A DNA stretch of 64,000 nucleotides from Candidatus Atabeyarchaeum deiterrae (GTDB taxonomy: Archaea > Asgardarchaeota > Atabeyarchaeia > Atabeyarchaeales > Atabeyarchaeaceae): positions 256,001-320,000 of the forward strand of contig CP147780.1 of NCBI GenBank assembly GCA_037310415.1. Direction: 5' to 3'. Under the pieces are notes generated by a model. It had not been told where the DNA came from and did no database searches. It saw only the letters and a program-made list of their open reading frames with translations. Made by a program: the position numbers and the translations under genes. Every line of letters starts with the position of its first letter. Within the stretch, counting starts at the first letter, position 1. Positions 1 through 10,214 of the stretch are shown piece by piece.

Positions 1-1
1 A

Positions 2-571
2 ACCGGCAAGACCATGACTTTGGCCAAACTTGCTTACTTTCTTCGAAAGAAAGGGTTCTCATGCGTCTTCGCAGCAGCAGATACGTTCAGAGCCGGAAGC
101 ATAGAGCAACTTGAAAAACATGGTCAAGCTCTAGGGATAAGAGTAATAAAGCACACATACGGAGCTGACGCCGCTGCCGTTGCATGGGATTCTGTGGAGC
201 ATGCGAGAGCACATCATGTAAATATAGTACTCATTGATACCGCAGGGAGAATGCAGACCAACAAGAACTTGCTCGATGAAATGTCCAAAATCCATCGTGT
301 CGTGACCCCTGACCTCGTCTTGTTTATTGGTGATGCTCTAACAGGCAATGATGCAGTCGAACAAGCAGAGAAGTTCAACCAGACGGTCGCCATAAGTGGA
401 ACAATCTTGACAAAGGTAGACGCTGATGTCAAGGGTGGAGCCGCCATCTCGATAACATACGTAACAAAGCGACCAATACTCTTCGTCGGGGTTGGACAGA
501 GGTATCAGGATTTGGAGACCTTCCACCCAGAGTGGTTTATTGACAAGATCTTTGGGAAGACATCCGAGTGA
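2..571 (+). CDS. ftsY: Signal recognition particle receptor FtsY (5'-partial)
   Basis: GKT-TLAKL Walker A end at the window edge; DTFRAG, DTAGR and TKVDAD-KGG SRP-GTPase motifs; C-terminal GVGQ-Y-DL. Confidence 0.95.
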   Translation, partial: TGKTMTLAKLAYFLRKKGFSCVFAAADTFRAGSIEQLEKHGQALGIRVIKHTYGADAAAVAWDSVEHARAHHVNIVLIDTAGRMQTNKNLLDEMSKIHRVVTPDLVLFIGDALTGNDAVEQAEKFNQTVAISGTILTKVDADVKGGAAISITYVTKRPILFVGVGQRYQDLETFHPEWFIDKIFGKTSE

Positions 572-757
572 TGGATGAATCAGTGCAAGTTCACTCACAT
601 GAGCCATCTTACATCAAAGAGAACTAGGAATTTCGATCCCAAGAAGCCAAGGAAGAACATTTTCCAGTTATTTCTGAAACTGAGGTTTGTGGTAAACCAA
701 TAGGTAGGTTTAATTTCTGCAGGGGCACTACTTCCAAGTAATACCTGCGAGAGGATA

Positions 758-1708
758 TTGGAGGTCGTCACCCAGATGAATCTGAAAGGTAGACATCTCA
801 TAACAATGGAAGAATTCAGCAAGGAAGAGATCTATCTAATTCTGGATCAAGCTTCTGAATTCAAGAGAAGAAGGTATCTTGGTGAGAACTACGCAAATGT
901 CCTTAGTAACAAGGCTGTCGCCATGATATTCGAGAAACCTTCGACAAGGACCAGAGTAAGCACAGAAGTTGCGATTACCGAACTCGGCGGAAGACCATTG
1001 TACTTGAGTTCGAACGAGATGCAGCTTAGCAGGGGAGAAACTGTCGAGGACACCTCGAAGGTTCTAAACAGGTATGTCTATGGGATCGTGGCGAGATTGG
1101 CTTCACACGATACTATGGTCAAACTCGCAGAGCACTCCAAGGTTCCTGTCATCAACGCGTTAACTCCAATTCACCATCCAATGCAGATACTGGCAGATCT
1201 GATGACGATCAGAGAAAAGAAAGGCAAACTTGAAGGCTTGAAACTTTCATTCGTCGGAGATGGCAACAACATATGTCATTCTCTCTTGATCGGGTGCAGC
1301 ATGGTTGGGATGGACATCAGCGTCGGAACCCCCTCTGGTTACAAGCCCAATAGTGATATCGTAAAAGCAGCAGAAGATATCGCCAAGATCAACGGATCCT
1401 CCGTCAATGTTTTGAACGATCCTGAAGAAGCTGTGAAGGATGCTGATGCGGTCTATACAGATGTCTTCGTATCAATGGGACAGGAAACAGAAGCAAAAGA
1501 AAGACTAAGAGTCTTCCCGCCGTTCCAAGTAAACAAGAAACTCATGTCGAACGCCAATGAAAGATACATATTTCTGCACTGTCTGCCAGCACATCGTGGG
1601 CAGGAAGTAGCAGCCGACGTAATAGATGATCCCTCTCACTCTGTTGTCTGGGATGAAGCGGAAAACAGACTTCACATAGCCAAGAGCATTCTTGCACTAC
1701 TAATCTAG
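758..1708 (+). CDS. argF: Ornithine carbamoyltransferase (start probably ATG 776)
   Basis: FEKPSTRTR, HPMQILAD, DVFVSMG and FLHCLP motifs. Confidence 0.95.
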   Translation: MEVVTQMNLKGRHLITMEEFSKEEIYLILDQASEFKRRRYLGENYANVLSNKAVAMIFEKPSTRTRVSTEVAITELGGRPLYLSSNEMQLSRGETVEDTSKVLNRYVYGIVARLASHDTMVKLAEHSKVPVINALTPIHHPMQILADLMTIREKKGKLEGLKLSFVGDGNNICHSLLIGCSMVGMDISVGTPSGYKPNSDIVKAAEDIAKINGSSVNVLNDPEEAVKDADAVYTDVFVSMGQETEAKERLRVFPPFQVNKKLMSNANERYIFLHCLPAHRGQEVAADVIDDPSHSVVWDEAENRLHIAKSILALLI

Positions 1709-1951
1709 GAGAAGCATAGACAAGTAAAAACCATTTCTGACTCAGATCGAGAGGATTCCAGCAAGCTTAATAATCATTTCAGGTAATCCTTCAGCATACC
1801 CAGCTGACAGTGTGTTAGTGAGGGAAAAACTACTCCCATTATTTAAATACACTAATCGCAGTATTATGGAAATAATAGGGGATACGAGAAACAGAAGTGG
1901 ACAGTTGTCTAACGGCAGATGCCAGGCGAGCAAAAAGGTGATGAGTAACCC

Positions 1952-2137
1952 ATGGGAATAAGAAGTTTCTTCAGTAATGCGAGGCGCATCTTGAAAATAG
2001 CTTCAAAACCCAAAAGGAAAGAAGTTTGGACCACCACAAAAGTTGTTGCACTCGGAGCACTTCTCATAGGACTTTTCGCATTTGTAATTCACCTAATCTT
2101 CATGGTCTTATGGCTGAGACCCACTGGTACAGCGTAA
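1952..2137 (+). CDS. secE: Protein translocase SecE/Sec61-gamma
   Basis: 61 aa, RILKIASKP-RKE followed by a single TM helix; directly upstream of spt5. Confidence 0.92.
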   Translation: MGIRSFFSNARRILKIASKPKRKEVWTTTKVVALGALLIGLFAFVIHLIFMVLWLRPTGTA

Positions 2138-2148
2138 AGCTATGCAAT

Positions 2149-2179
2149 GGATGAAAACATAGAGAGTCTGTTTTCATCC
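2149..2179. other. 11-bp perfect hairpin between secE and spt5
   Basis: GGATGAAAACA-9nt-TGTTTTCATCC; function unknown. Confidence 0.4.
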
Positions 2180-2255
2180 CGACCGACCTCGTCTATGTTA
2201 GTGAAGACTTAGTCTCTGCAATGTCAGGACTTTCCACGTCTAACTATATCCACTT

Positions 2256-2801
2256 GTGAGGAATCGATCCTATATGTCAAAGAAAGGTGATGGTGAAACC
2301 ACGGTTTTCGTGGTAAGAACAACTATAGGACAGGAGGCTGGCGTAGCGGCGCTTATCGAAGTTCAGGCTAAGGCTAAGAAGATTCTGCTGAAAGCGATTC
2401 TTGTCCCGGAGAATGTCAGAGGTTACCTTTTCATTGAGGCACCTGAGCATCGACTCGTTGAACAAGCTGTTTCGGGCCTTGCTCATGTTAGGGGAGGAAC
2501 CATAGGCAGGATAAGCGAAAAGGAACTTGATGGTTTCCTAGTTCCAAAGAAAATTACAGAGGGGCTCTCGATCGGAGATATTGTCGAAATCACTGGAGGA
2601 CCATTCAAAGGAGAGAAAGCGCGTGTTGGAAAGGTAGACATCGAGAAAGAGGAAGTCGTGCTCGAACTGCTTGAAACACCCTATAACCCAATTCCTGTCA
2701 AAGTTAAAGCCGATTACGTGAGAGTTATAGAAAGAGTACAGCCCTCCGCAAAATCAGCTGAAGAGGAAGAGGAGGAAGAAGAAAAAGAGAAATTCGAGTA
2801 G
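2256..2801 (+). CDS. spt5: Transcription elongation factor Spt5/NusG (start probably ATG 2274)
   Basis: NGN domain (VRTTIGQE, GYLFIEA), KOW motif (GDIVEITGGPFKGE), acidic tail. Confidence 0.95.
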   Translation: MRNRSYMSKKGDGETTVFVVRTTIGQEAGVAALIEVQAKAKKILLKAILVPENVRGYLFIEAPEHRLVEQAVSGLAHVRGGTIGRISEKELDGFLVPKKITEGLSIGDIVEITGGPFKGEKARVGKVDIEKEEVVLELLETPYNPIPVKVKADYVRVIERVQPSAKSAEEEEEEEEKEKFE

Positions 2802-2831
2802 ACCTTGAACCAAGTACGACTTTTCCCAAGG

Positions 2832-2846
2832 GAAAAGCTTTTTTAT
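2832..2846 (+). promoter_or_regulatory. Putative BRE/TATA for the uL11 operon
   Basis: GAAAAGCTTTTTTATT about 100 nt upstream of rpl11, overlapping the hairpin CTTTTCCC-AA-GGGAAAAG. Confidence 0.4.
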
Positions 2847-2946
2847 TCACTTGTGCATTCAACATCAGCACCACAAGGCGGTCGCATCCACAGAATTCAT
2901 CTCAGATTCATTTCACAGGATCAAGCATTCTACTGAGTGATCTGGT

Positions 2947-3441
2947 ATGGCTAAACTAGTAAACGTCAACGCACTGGTAGAAGGAGGAAAGGCCTCTGCA
3001 GGCCCTCCAATCGGACCAGCTTTGGGACCTACTGGAGTCAACCTGTACCAGGTGGTTCAGAAGATTAACGAGACCACAAAGGACTTCGCTGGTCTTAGGG
3101 TTCCAGTCAAGATAACTGTTGACACGGAAACCAAGTCGTTCCAAGTAGAAGTAGGCTTACCGCCTACCTCTGCTCTTGTGCTGCGCGAAGTGAACCAGCC
3201 TAAGGGTAGTGGAAAACCAAATGAGCAAAAGGTTGGGGACCTCAGCTTCGCCAGCTTGGTTAAGGTTGCCACCATTAAGAAAGAGTCGCTTATGACCAAA
3301 GACATCAAGCAGGCTGCTAGGGCAGTTCTTGGCACCTGTGTAAGTTGTGGGGTGACAATCGACGGCAAGGATCCCAAAGTCGTCCAGAAAGAGATAACCG
3401 AAGGAAAGTATGATGACCAGTTTTCAAAAGAGGGTAAATGA
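2947..3441 (+). CDS. rpl11: 50S ribosomal protein uL11
   Basis: GGKASAGPPIGPALGP, VLGTCVSCG. Confidence 0.97.
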   Translation: MAKLVNVNALVEGGKASAGPPIGPALGPTGVNLYQVVQKINETTKDFAGLRVPVKITVDTETKSFQVEVGLPPTSALVLREVNQPKGSGKPNEQKVGDLSFASLVKVATIKKESLMTKDIKQAARAVLGTCVSCGVTIDGKDPKVVQKEITEGKYDDQFSKEGK

Positions 3442-3483
3442 GAACTCTGTCAACGCAAAAGATGACTGGGGGTTGTTCAAACA

Positions 3484-4149
3484 TTGCCAATAGACGCTGA
3501 AGCCATCAACAAAGCAATAAAGAAAGTTAGAGACACTACGAAGAAGAGGAAATTCAAGCAATCCATCGACATGTCCATCAATCTGAAGGATCTAGACATG
3601 AGCAAACCCGAATCCAAGATAAACCTTGAAGTAGTGTTACCGAAGCCTGTGCCTAAACAGGTCAAAATCTGTGCCCTTGCATACGGAGAGATGGTGCTGA
3701 AAGCCAAGCAAGCTGGGGCTGACAAGATCGTGGAACGCGAGGAAATCGAGAAGCTCGGGGGAGACAAGAAAAAAGCCAAGAAACTTGCCTCGCAGTATGA
3801 CTTCTTCATAGCTAGGTCGGATCTAATGCCATTGATCGGCAAAAACTTGGGACCTGTACTTGGTCCCAGAGGGAAGATGCCTACACCAATGGCTCCGAAT
3901 GCCGACCCTGCACCTGTGATACAAAGGCTGAGGCATGTTGTTAGGATTAAGCTCAGTCGTTCTCCGACAGCTGCTGTCAGAGTTGGAACGGAGGACATGA
4001 AAGACGCAGAAATTGCAGAGAATATGCAGAAGGTAATTGATGAGCTTACAGGCAAACTTGAGAGAGGAGATAGAAACATAAAATCAGTGTATATAAAGAC
4101 GACAATGGGCTCCCCCGTTAAGTTGGAAACCGGAAGACGATCTCAATAG
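3484..4149 (+). CDS. rpl1: 50S ribosomal protein uL1
   Basis: KRKFKQSID, LGPVLGPRGKMP, YIKTTMG. Confidence 0.97.
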   Translation: MPIDAEAINKAIKKVRDTTKKRKFKQSIDMSINLKDLDMSKPESKINLEVVLPKPVPKQVKICALAYGEMVLKAKQAGADKIVEREEIEKLGGDKKKAKKLASQYDFFIARSDLMPLIGKNLGPVLGPRGKMPTPMAPNADPAPVIQRLRHVVRIKLSRSPTAAVRVGTEDMKDAEIAENMQKVIDELTGKLERGDRNIKSVYIKTTMGSPVKLETGRRSQ

Positions 4150-4188
4150 GAAGTAACAGATTGGGCTGAACAGGGAGGAATCACAAAA

Positions 4189-4995
4189 ATGGCAGTGGCC
4201 ACGAGAGCATCGAAGACATATCCGAAAAAGAAAGTTCAGCAAGTAGATGAATTAAGGGAACTAGTCAAAAAGTACAATGTGATAGGCATAGTCAAGATCA
4301 GTGGAATCGGGACTAGACAGTTGCAGGGGATCAAACGAAGTCTGAGCGATAAGGCCGTGATCAAAGTCGTAAAGAATACGTTAGTCAGAAAGGCCATTGA
4401 GGGTGTGGGTGGAAAGAAAACTGGTGTAGAAAAAATCCTCCCGTTGTTGAGTCAACAGAATGCCATCATATTCACGGACATGGTTCCTCATAGACTGAGC
4501 ATAATATTCTCCAAGAACAAGGCCAAAGCGCCGGCCAAACCTGGAAGCATTGCCCTGAACGATGTTCTCGTGTCAGCTGGCAATACCGGTTTTACTCCTG
4601 GTCCCATTATAAGTCAATTGGGTGAGGTTGGGTTGCCAACCCGTGTCGAATCAGGGTCCATCGTGATCACTAAAGACACTGTCGTCGCAAAGAAAGGGAA
4701 CAAGATTTCACAGAATCTAGCTATCGTTCTGTCAAGGTTAGGGATAGAACCTTTCGAGGTTCAACTTCGCTTGGCTTCCGCGTATGAGAACGGTGAAATA
4801 ATATCTGGCAATGTGCTGGACATAGACGAAGAGAAAGTGCTGAATCAACTTCGCGAAGCATACCAGTCAGCAATCAACCTATCCGTCTTTGCCGGAATAG
4901 TGAATTCCGACACAATAAAGACAATGATAGCAAAAGCAGAAATGGAAGTCAAAGCAATCCAGAACGCAATCGAAAGCAAGAAGAAAACCAAGTAG
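4189..4995 (+). CDS. rpl10: 50S ribosomal protein uL10/P0
   Basis: KVVKNTL, APAKPG, AGNTGFTPGP, LSRLGIEP; lacks the acidic tail. Confidence 0.95.
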   Translation: MAVATRASKTYPKKKVQQVDELRELVKKYNVIGIVKISGIGTRQLQGIKRSLSDKAVIKVVKNTLVRKAIEGVGGKKTGVEKILPLLSQQNAIIFTDMVPHRLSIIFSKNKAKAPAKPGSIALNDVLVSAGNTGFTPGPIISQLGEVGLPTRVESGSIVITKDTVVAKKGNKISQNLAIVLSRLGIEPFEVQLRLASAYENGEIISGNVLDIDEEKVLNQLREAYQSAINLSVFAGIVNSDTIKTMIAKAEMEVKAIQNAIESKKKTK

Positions 4996-5070
4996 GCAGT
5001 ATGGATAGCCTTAAATGCGAAATATCAAATCCTTCAGGATTCAATCAAGAAAGAAGGTGAAAAATCCAAA

Positions 5071-5358
5071 ATGGAAAGCGTCTACGCCTCGTTGCTCTTG
5101 CACAAAGCTGGTCAGAAGATTTCAGAAGACAAGATTGAGAAGATTCTTCAAGCTGCAGGTGCGAGTGTCGACAAGACACAAATCAAGGCCACTGTTGCAG
5201 CCCTAGAGGGCATTAATATCGCTGATGCGATAAAGACAGCGGCAATCACTGCTGTTGCCGCGCCAGAAGCAGGTGCAACAAAGAAGGAAGATAAGAAGAA
5301 GGAAGACGAGAAGAAAGAAGAGGAAGCTGTCGCTGGTCTCGGAGCACTCTTCGGCTAG
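5071..5358 (+). CDS. rpl12: Ribosomal stalk protein P1 (aL12)
   Basis: [11 protein letters not shown] ... [13 protein letters not shown]. Confidence 0.97.
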   Translation: MESVYASLLLHKAGQKISEDKIEKILQAAGASVDKTQIKATVAALEGINIADAIKTAAITAVAAPEAGATKKEDKKKEDEKKEEEAVAGLGALFG

Positions 5359-5387
5359 GATCTGACACCGAAGGTCTATATGGTGAA

Positions 5388-5445
5388 AGGGCATTGCAGT
5401 TTAACATGGGGATCACTCGTTTGTCTTGATCCCCCCATGCCCTGC
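5388..5445. terminator. Long GC-rich hairpin between convergent rpl12 and alaS
   Basis: CATGGGGATCA (5405-5415) pairs with TGATCCCCCCATG (5427-5439); terminator role is inferred from position only. Confidence 0.3.
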
Positions 5446-5495
5446 GGCAGTCGATTGACGTGTTTTCAGAACTTGCTTCTAGGTTACTGAGCATG

Positions 5496-8171
5496 CTAAA
5501 TCAATTTGAAACCCTTTGCTTCTTTCTTGTCTCCATCGACAACTCTGCAGAATCTACTGAGTTCTAGTCTGATATCCACTTTGTCATTAGCTGAGACACC
5601 ATATGCGAATGTTACAGCTCTGATGATGAGAGCGCGGCGATCCAATTCCTTATTGATCATCTTTGATGCGATCGCAGCAACTACCTTGAGATCATCAATG
5701 GTCGTGTTGACCTTCACTAGGGGCTCAGTTGTAGATGACGCAGCCTTGAGAATCTGCATTGTGACCATTTCGCCTTGGAACTGAAGTAACGTCCTGTTTT
5801 GCTCCTTCCTCTCTTCTAGGCTTTTCTCAATAGTTTTGACAACTGTGTCCAAGGAGGAGCCAGTAAGAGCGCCAAGTGACTTGACCACATCGTCAAGCTT
5901 CTGCATATGTTCGATCGCTGGTTCGCCTGCGACAAAGTTCAATCTGACGACACCATCTTGGATGCGTTCAGTTGATAGAATCTTGATTAATCCCACTTCG
6001 CCAGTCGATGAGGCGTGCGTCCCACCGCATGCTTCCACGTCGAAGTCCTTGATTTCCACAACCCGTATCTTTCTGCCAGGGACGGCACCACCTTGATACA
6101 ATCTAAAGCCATATTCTTTCTCAGCTTGATCTCTGCCCATTATAGTTACTGTGACCGGTCGATTCTCCATAACTACCTTGTTTGCAAGGGATTCAATCTT
6201 CTTCTCTTCTTCAGGTGTGAGTCCTCTGAAATGTGTGATGTCTAGCCTTGATCTCTTTGTGGTTTTCTCTGCCCCAGCCTGCCATATGTGCGGTCCCAGA
6301 ATCTCACGAGCTGAAGCGTTCAATATGTGGGTAGCCGTGTGGTGTCTCATTAACGCATGTCTTCGTTCCAAGTCTATCTTTCCCTTGACGATTGTCCCTT
6401 CCTCAATTTGAGCCTGTTTGCTCAACTCATGAACGATAATGTTGCCACTTTTTGCTACCCCGACGACTTTCACGCCATTTATCGTTCCTGTGTCAAACTC
6501 TTGACCACCAGAAGTTGGATAGAACATTGTCTTGTCCAAAATCACGAACTTACCGTTAATTATCTTAAGAACGCGAGCATTGAACTCAATGCCACGAGGC
6601 TGCTCGTAGTACAACTGTATGGTTTCGGGGATGCCAGTGATCTGCGTGGGCGAAAAAGCAGGAACCTCACGTCGAGGCGTATTCGATTCCTCGGCTTTCG
6701 AGAAGTGTTTCTCTTCCACCATACTGGTGAAATCCTCGGGTATCGAGACTTGGCACCCATAGCCACTAGCGATCTCCTTGACCGTCTGAGGCGTGATGCC
6801 ATGAGAATCATAAAGTTCCACAAGATTGGCCGCGCTAACAACCTTCTTGGATTTGACAAGTCTTTCAACCAATGTTCTGCCTTTTTCGAGACTCTGCTCG
6901 TATCTAGACTTCTCGAGTTTCAGAATCTCAAACAAAGACCCAACATCTCGCAGCTCTGTAAACCATGGCCCGAATTCATCGATGTGCCATTGAACGACGT
7001 CCCCAAACTCAACGTTGAGTTTGTATTCGCTGATCAGACTGAGAGCCCTTCGTAAGATATATCTAAGGTTGTAACCGCCACCAACATTACTGGGCAGCGC
7101 TCCATCGTGAACCGCTACGAGAAGTGAACGGGCGTGCTCAGCCACTGAATATAGGGCTCTAATAGAACTAATCTCCTTCTTCAACGTCTCAACGTCCCAG
7201 CCCGTATACGACGCGGCCGACCGCCACATCAGTTCTGGATCATCTATCTCAGTTACATCGAACCTGCCAGAGAAGAGCGCAAACTTCTGCAGAACATTCA
7301 TGTTAGGTTTGATTCCTGTTTGATGGAACAACTTATCGAGAACCTTGGGAAAAACAACGTCGTAGCTTGTTGGAGTGCCATTACAGATCCATGGATATCT
7401 TTCAAGTCCAGTTCCGTGGTCAATGACTGTTGTGTCCAACGTCCTAGTGCTCCCGTCAGGTAGCTGTTCATATTGCATGAAAACCTGGTTTCCGAGTTCT
7501 AGACCTCGCACGAAATATTCGATGCTTGGACCGAAGTTACCTCCTCCAGCCCAGACATCTTCAACAAAAGTCACTTCTTCGCCAGGGATTCCAAGCCCGC
7601 TTGTCAACCGTTCGTAGTTATAGCGGACGCACTCGTCCTTGAAGTATATGAATTTTCCAGGTTTGTTGAATACGTGCTGACCAACCATTATGAATCCCGT
7701 ATAGTGCCTGCCAGTCAAGCCTACGTTATCAACGTCATTAAATCTCAAAACGAATTGCGGAACTATCAGAGGATTGGCGGGTGGGTCAACTTCACCTGAA
7801 ACTACGTGAGGTTGAAAGTCGTAGATTGACGCCTCAACGAAATAAACGTCATCTCTCCAGCGAGCGACGACGGGATAACGATTTATCGGAGTATGACCAG
7901 ACTTGGTGAAGACTTTGACAAACTCATCCCAACATTCCTTGTAAGATAGTTTCCGATTCGTGGGCGGGGAGCCTATGAAGCGATATCCCCCGACGCAGGA
8001 TGGATCCCCACAAGTCTCAGTATCAGGGTTGATCGTCCAGAAATTATTGCCACATACCCTGCACATCTTTCGAGCAAACCCAAGTTCTTTGAGGGTTTCC
8101 GTCGGATAGAACTTAGTGTAGTCTTTTGAGAACTGCTGTTTCAATTGCTTTTTGAATGACTTTAAACTCAT
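5496..8171 (-). CDS. alaS: Alanine--tRNA ligase
   Basis: Archaeal N-terminal Zn knuckle, ASIYDFQP, WAGGGNFGP, editing-domain HTATH and EACGGTH. Confidence 0.97.
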   Translation of the reverse strand: MSLKSFKKQLKQQFSKDYTKFYPTETLKELGFARKMCRVCGNNFWTINPDTETCGDPSCVGGYRFIGSPPTNRKLSYKECWDEFVKVFTKSGHTPINRYPVVARWRDDVYFVEASIYDFQPHVVSGEVDPPANPLIVPQFVLRFNDVDNVGLTGRHYTGFIMVGQHVFNKPGKFIYFKDECVRYNYERLTSGLGIPGEEVTFVEDVWAGGGNFGPSIEYFVRGLELGNQVFMQYEQLPDGSTRTLDTTVIDHGTGLERYPWICNGTPTSYDVVFPKVLDKLFHQTGIKPNMNVLQKFALFSGRFDVTEIDDPELMWRSAASYTGWDVETLKKEISSIRALYSVAEHARSLLVAVHDGALPSNVGGGYNLRYILRRALSLISEYKLNVEFGDVVQWHIDEFGPWFTELRDVGSLFEILKLEKSRYEQSLEKGRTLVERLVKSKKVVSAANLVELYDSHGITPQTVKEIASGYGCQVSIPEDFTSMVEEKHFSKAEESNTPRREVPAFSPTQITGIPETIQLYYEQPRGIEFNARVLKIINGKFVILDKTMFYPTSGGQEFDTGTINGVKVVGVAKSGNIIVHELSKQAQIEEGTIVKGKIDLERRHALMRHHTATHILNASAREILGPHIWQAGAEKTTKRSRLDITHFRGLTPEEEKKIESLANKVVMENRPVTVTIMGRDQAEKEYGFRLYQGGAVPGRKIRVVEIKDFDVEACGGTHASSTGEVGLIKILSTERIQDGVVRLNFVAGEPAIEHMQKLDDVVKSLGALTGSSLDTVVKTIEKSLEERKEQNRTLLQFQGEMVTMQILKAASSTTEPLVKVNTTIDDLKVVAAIASKMINKELDRRALIIRAVTFAYGVSANDKVDIRLELSRFCRVVDGDKKEAKGFKLI

Positions 8172-8363
8172 TTTCCAGTCCCCACCTGAACTGGCACAAA
8201 GCTAGTACCGAATCAACTCCAACTTCCTGAACCGGTCATCATAAGACAGCGATAGCTCACGATGTGGAGAGTCTGCCTAGGAATCCTTTTTACACTAAAT
8301 GGCGAAGACGAGTTAATATAGCTTATTAGCAGATTCTGAGGCAGGAAGGAGCAGGTAGAGACC

Positions 8364-9023
8364 ATGCTTATGACTGAGGACTTGACCAAAGCCATTCAGG
8401 ATGTCCGATACTTGCTGTCCCGCGGCTATAATCGTGTCGTGACCATTAGGTTTGTAGCGGATAGCCGCAGAGTCACTTTGAGCGAAAGATATGTACTGAT
8501 TCGCGGTGTCTACGACGAGACCGAGGCTGAAAAGAGAAGAAAAAAACTCGTAAAAACCAGGAGTATAGCTGACCAGATTGTCTCAGTAGATGGGTACAAC
8601 CTCCTAATTACTGTTGAAAGCATGTTAGCTGGCAAACTTCTCATCCAATGTGACGACTCTACTACTAGGGACATCTCAGCAGTTTTTGGAAAACATAAGA
8701 TAACCAAGAGAACGTTTCAAGCCCTTCAGATGATTCTTCAAATCTTCAAAGAGAATAATCCGAAGGAAGTCCGCTTCTACTACGACAAACAAGTGAGCAA
8801 GAGTGGACAACTCGCTTCTGTAACACGCAGAATGCTGGAAGAGGTCGGACTGAAAGGAACTGCGGCAACGGCCCAGAAATCTGACATGGCAACATTGAAA
8901 TCGGGAGGAATAATCGTGAGTAGTGACAGTGTCGTGGTACAGAAAGCCGAAAATGTACTGGATCTCGCAGGCGAGCTGGCAGAGCGTGCATCCTACAAGA
9001 ACATGATTAAGCTACCCCGTTGA
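8364..9023 (+). CDS. DUF434-family (PIN/NYN-like) protein
   Basis: D-RYLLSRGY, VDGYNLLITVE, D-STTRDIS, IVSSDSVV. Confidence 0.8.
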   Translation: MLMTEDLTKAIQDVRYLLSRGYNRVVTIRFVADSRRVTLSERYVLIRGVYDETEAEKRRKKLVKTRSIADQIVSVDGYNLLITVESMLAGKLLIQCDDSTTRDISAVFGKHKITKRTFQALQMILQIFKENNPKEVRFYYDKQVSKSGQLASVTRRMLEEVGLKGTAATAQKSDMATLKSGGIIVSSDSVVVQKAENVLDLAGELAERASYKNMIKLPR

Positions 9024-9301
9024 TCGTTCTTGGAAAAAAGATTATACCATATAGAGAGCTATCCCAACCGTTTAATATGCTCGAAGCGCATATAAGACAC
9101 ATAATGTTATGCGCTTGTTCGGTTATCTTCGTAAGAAACCCGAACTGGGGGAAGGCTTGAAAATGTCTCGCAGAAACAAGAAAGGAGAATAGACTAATCG
9201 AAAGAGTATGTCAATTCTCTTGGATAAGCAGAGCCAACTGAAAGTTCTGTATAACCCAATAAAACTGAGTTACCGGTTGACATCAATGTAGGGCGATTGC
9301 A

Positions 9302-9664
9302 ATGACGCTTGATAAATTGGTGAGAAATGATCCTGAGATTGTTGCCGCTTGCGTTATGAAGGATGGTATATCAGTGGTTTCTTGCGCGCCTAATGTTGAT
9401 CCGAATGTTCTACGAGATATTTGTAGATCAATTGAAAAGGTAACTGTTGTCGCAGAAGGAACCGGAAAGGTCCCTCAATTGATGAACTATGGTAAATGGC
9501 AAATATACGTTGCTGTTGTTATGCAAGATCCTCATCTTGTTGGCTGGGTTCTGGTGAAGCGTATCTTATTTAGTAACTCGGAGGAGGATCGCAAGAAGAA
9601 GGTAACCGAGATAAATGCAATTCTCTCTGATCTCGTAGCCGAGATAGCAGTAAAGATCATGTGA
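9302..9664 (+). CDS. Roadblock/LC7 (MglB/LAMTOR-like) domain protein
   Basis: 120 aa with alpha-beta-beta-alpha-beta-beta-beta-alpha pattern; IVAACVMKDGISVVS resembles the Roadblock 'AAxVxxDGLxIAS' hairpin. Confidence 0.55.
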   Translation: MTLDKLVRNDPEIVAACVMKDGISVVSCAPNVDPNVLRDICRSIEKVTVVAEGTGKVPQLMNYGKWQIYVAVVMQDPHLVGWVLVKRILFSNSEEDRKKKVTEINAILSDLVAEIAVKIM

Positions 9665-9893
9665 TGTGATTTAGGAGCCGACTAAGCTCAGGGTTTATTC
9701 TTGGCAGGCAATAGGACGGTTATGTGACGAGTTATATGCCAAGCTTATCTGTGACAACTCTGATCCCTACGTTATGGTCATAGCAAACGGCCAAAAACAG
9801 CTAGATCGAGATATCTGGACTCTTGGGGTATCAGGTATGACTCTTTCTGTCACTTCTAGCCAAGAAGCACGATCCGCAATTTCCCGTTCTCTA

Positions 9894-10127
9894 TCATGGT
9901 ACCCAGTAGAATTCAGTGTACTTGCAGGTCACACAGATTATGATGTTGAACTCTCGGCCGGTTGCTAACAACGCCCTGCTTTGACCTGCTACCGTCACTA
10001 CTTCCATCTCGGATTTTGATGACTCACATTTGGGACATTTCACGGGCCTGGGCACGCCAAGCTCGCTTATTATCGCCATCTCACTTTCGAAATCCTCTGC
10101 TTCTTTCTCTTCTTTGCCCTTGTGCAA
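9894..10127 (-). CDS. Zn-ribbon protein (DUF2082-like)
   Basis: CPKC ... CVTCKYTEFY; AAGGAGG RBS upstream of the TTG start. Confidence 0.75.
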   Translation of the reverse strand: MHKGKEEKEAEDFESEMAIISELGVPRPVKCPKCESSKSEMEVVTVAGQSRALLATGREFNIIICVTCKYTEFYWVP

Positions 10128-10214
10128 AATGCTGAACCTCCTTTCTCCAGACGAGTTTCACGGCTCCTTCTTCCTCGATCCTCAAGAACATGGAAATCAT
10201 TATATGAAGACAAT

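Noticed and set aside
5388-5445. Hairpin as a SECIS or H/ACA RNA
   Set aside because: No tandem GA/K-turn core, no ACA box, and no in-frame TGA selenoprotein in flanking genes
9109-9192. 27-aa basic ORF MRLFGYLRKKPELGEGLKMSRRNKKGE downstream of a TATA-like box
   Set aside because: Too short to support without homologs or expression data
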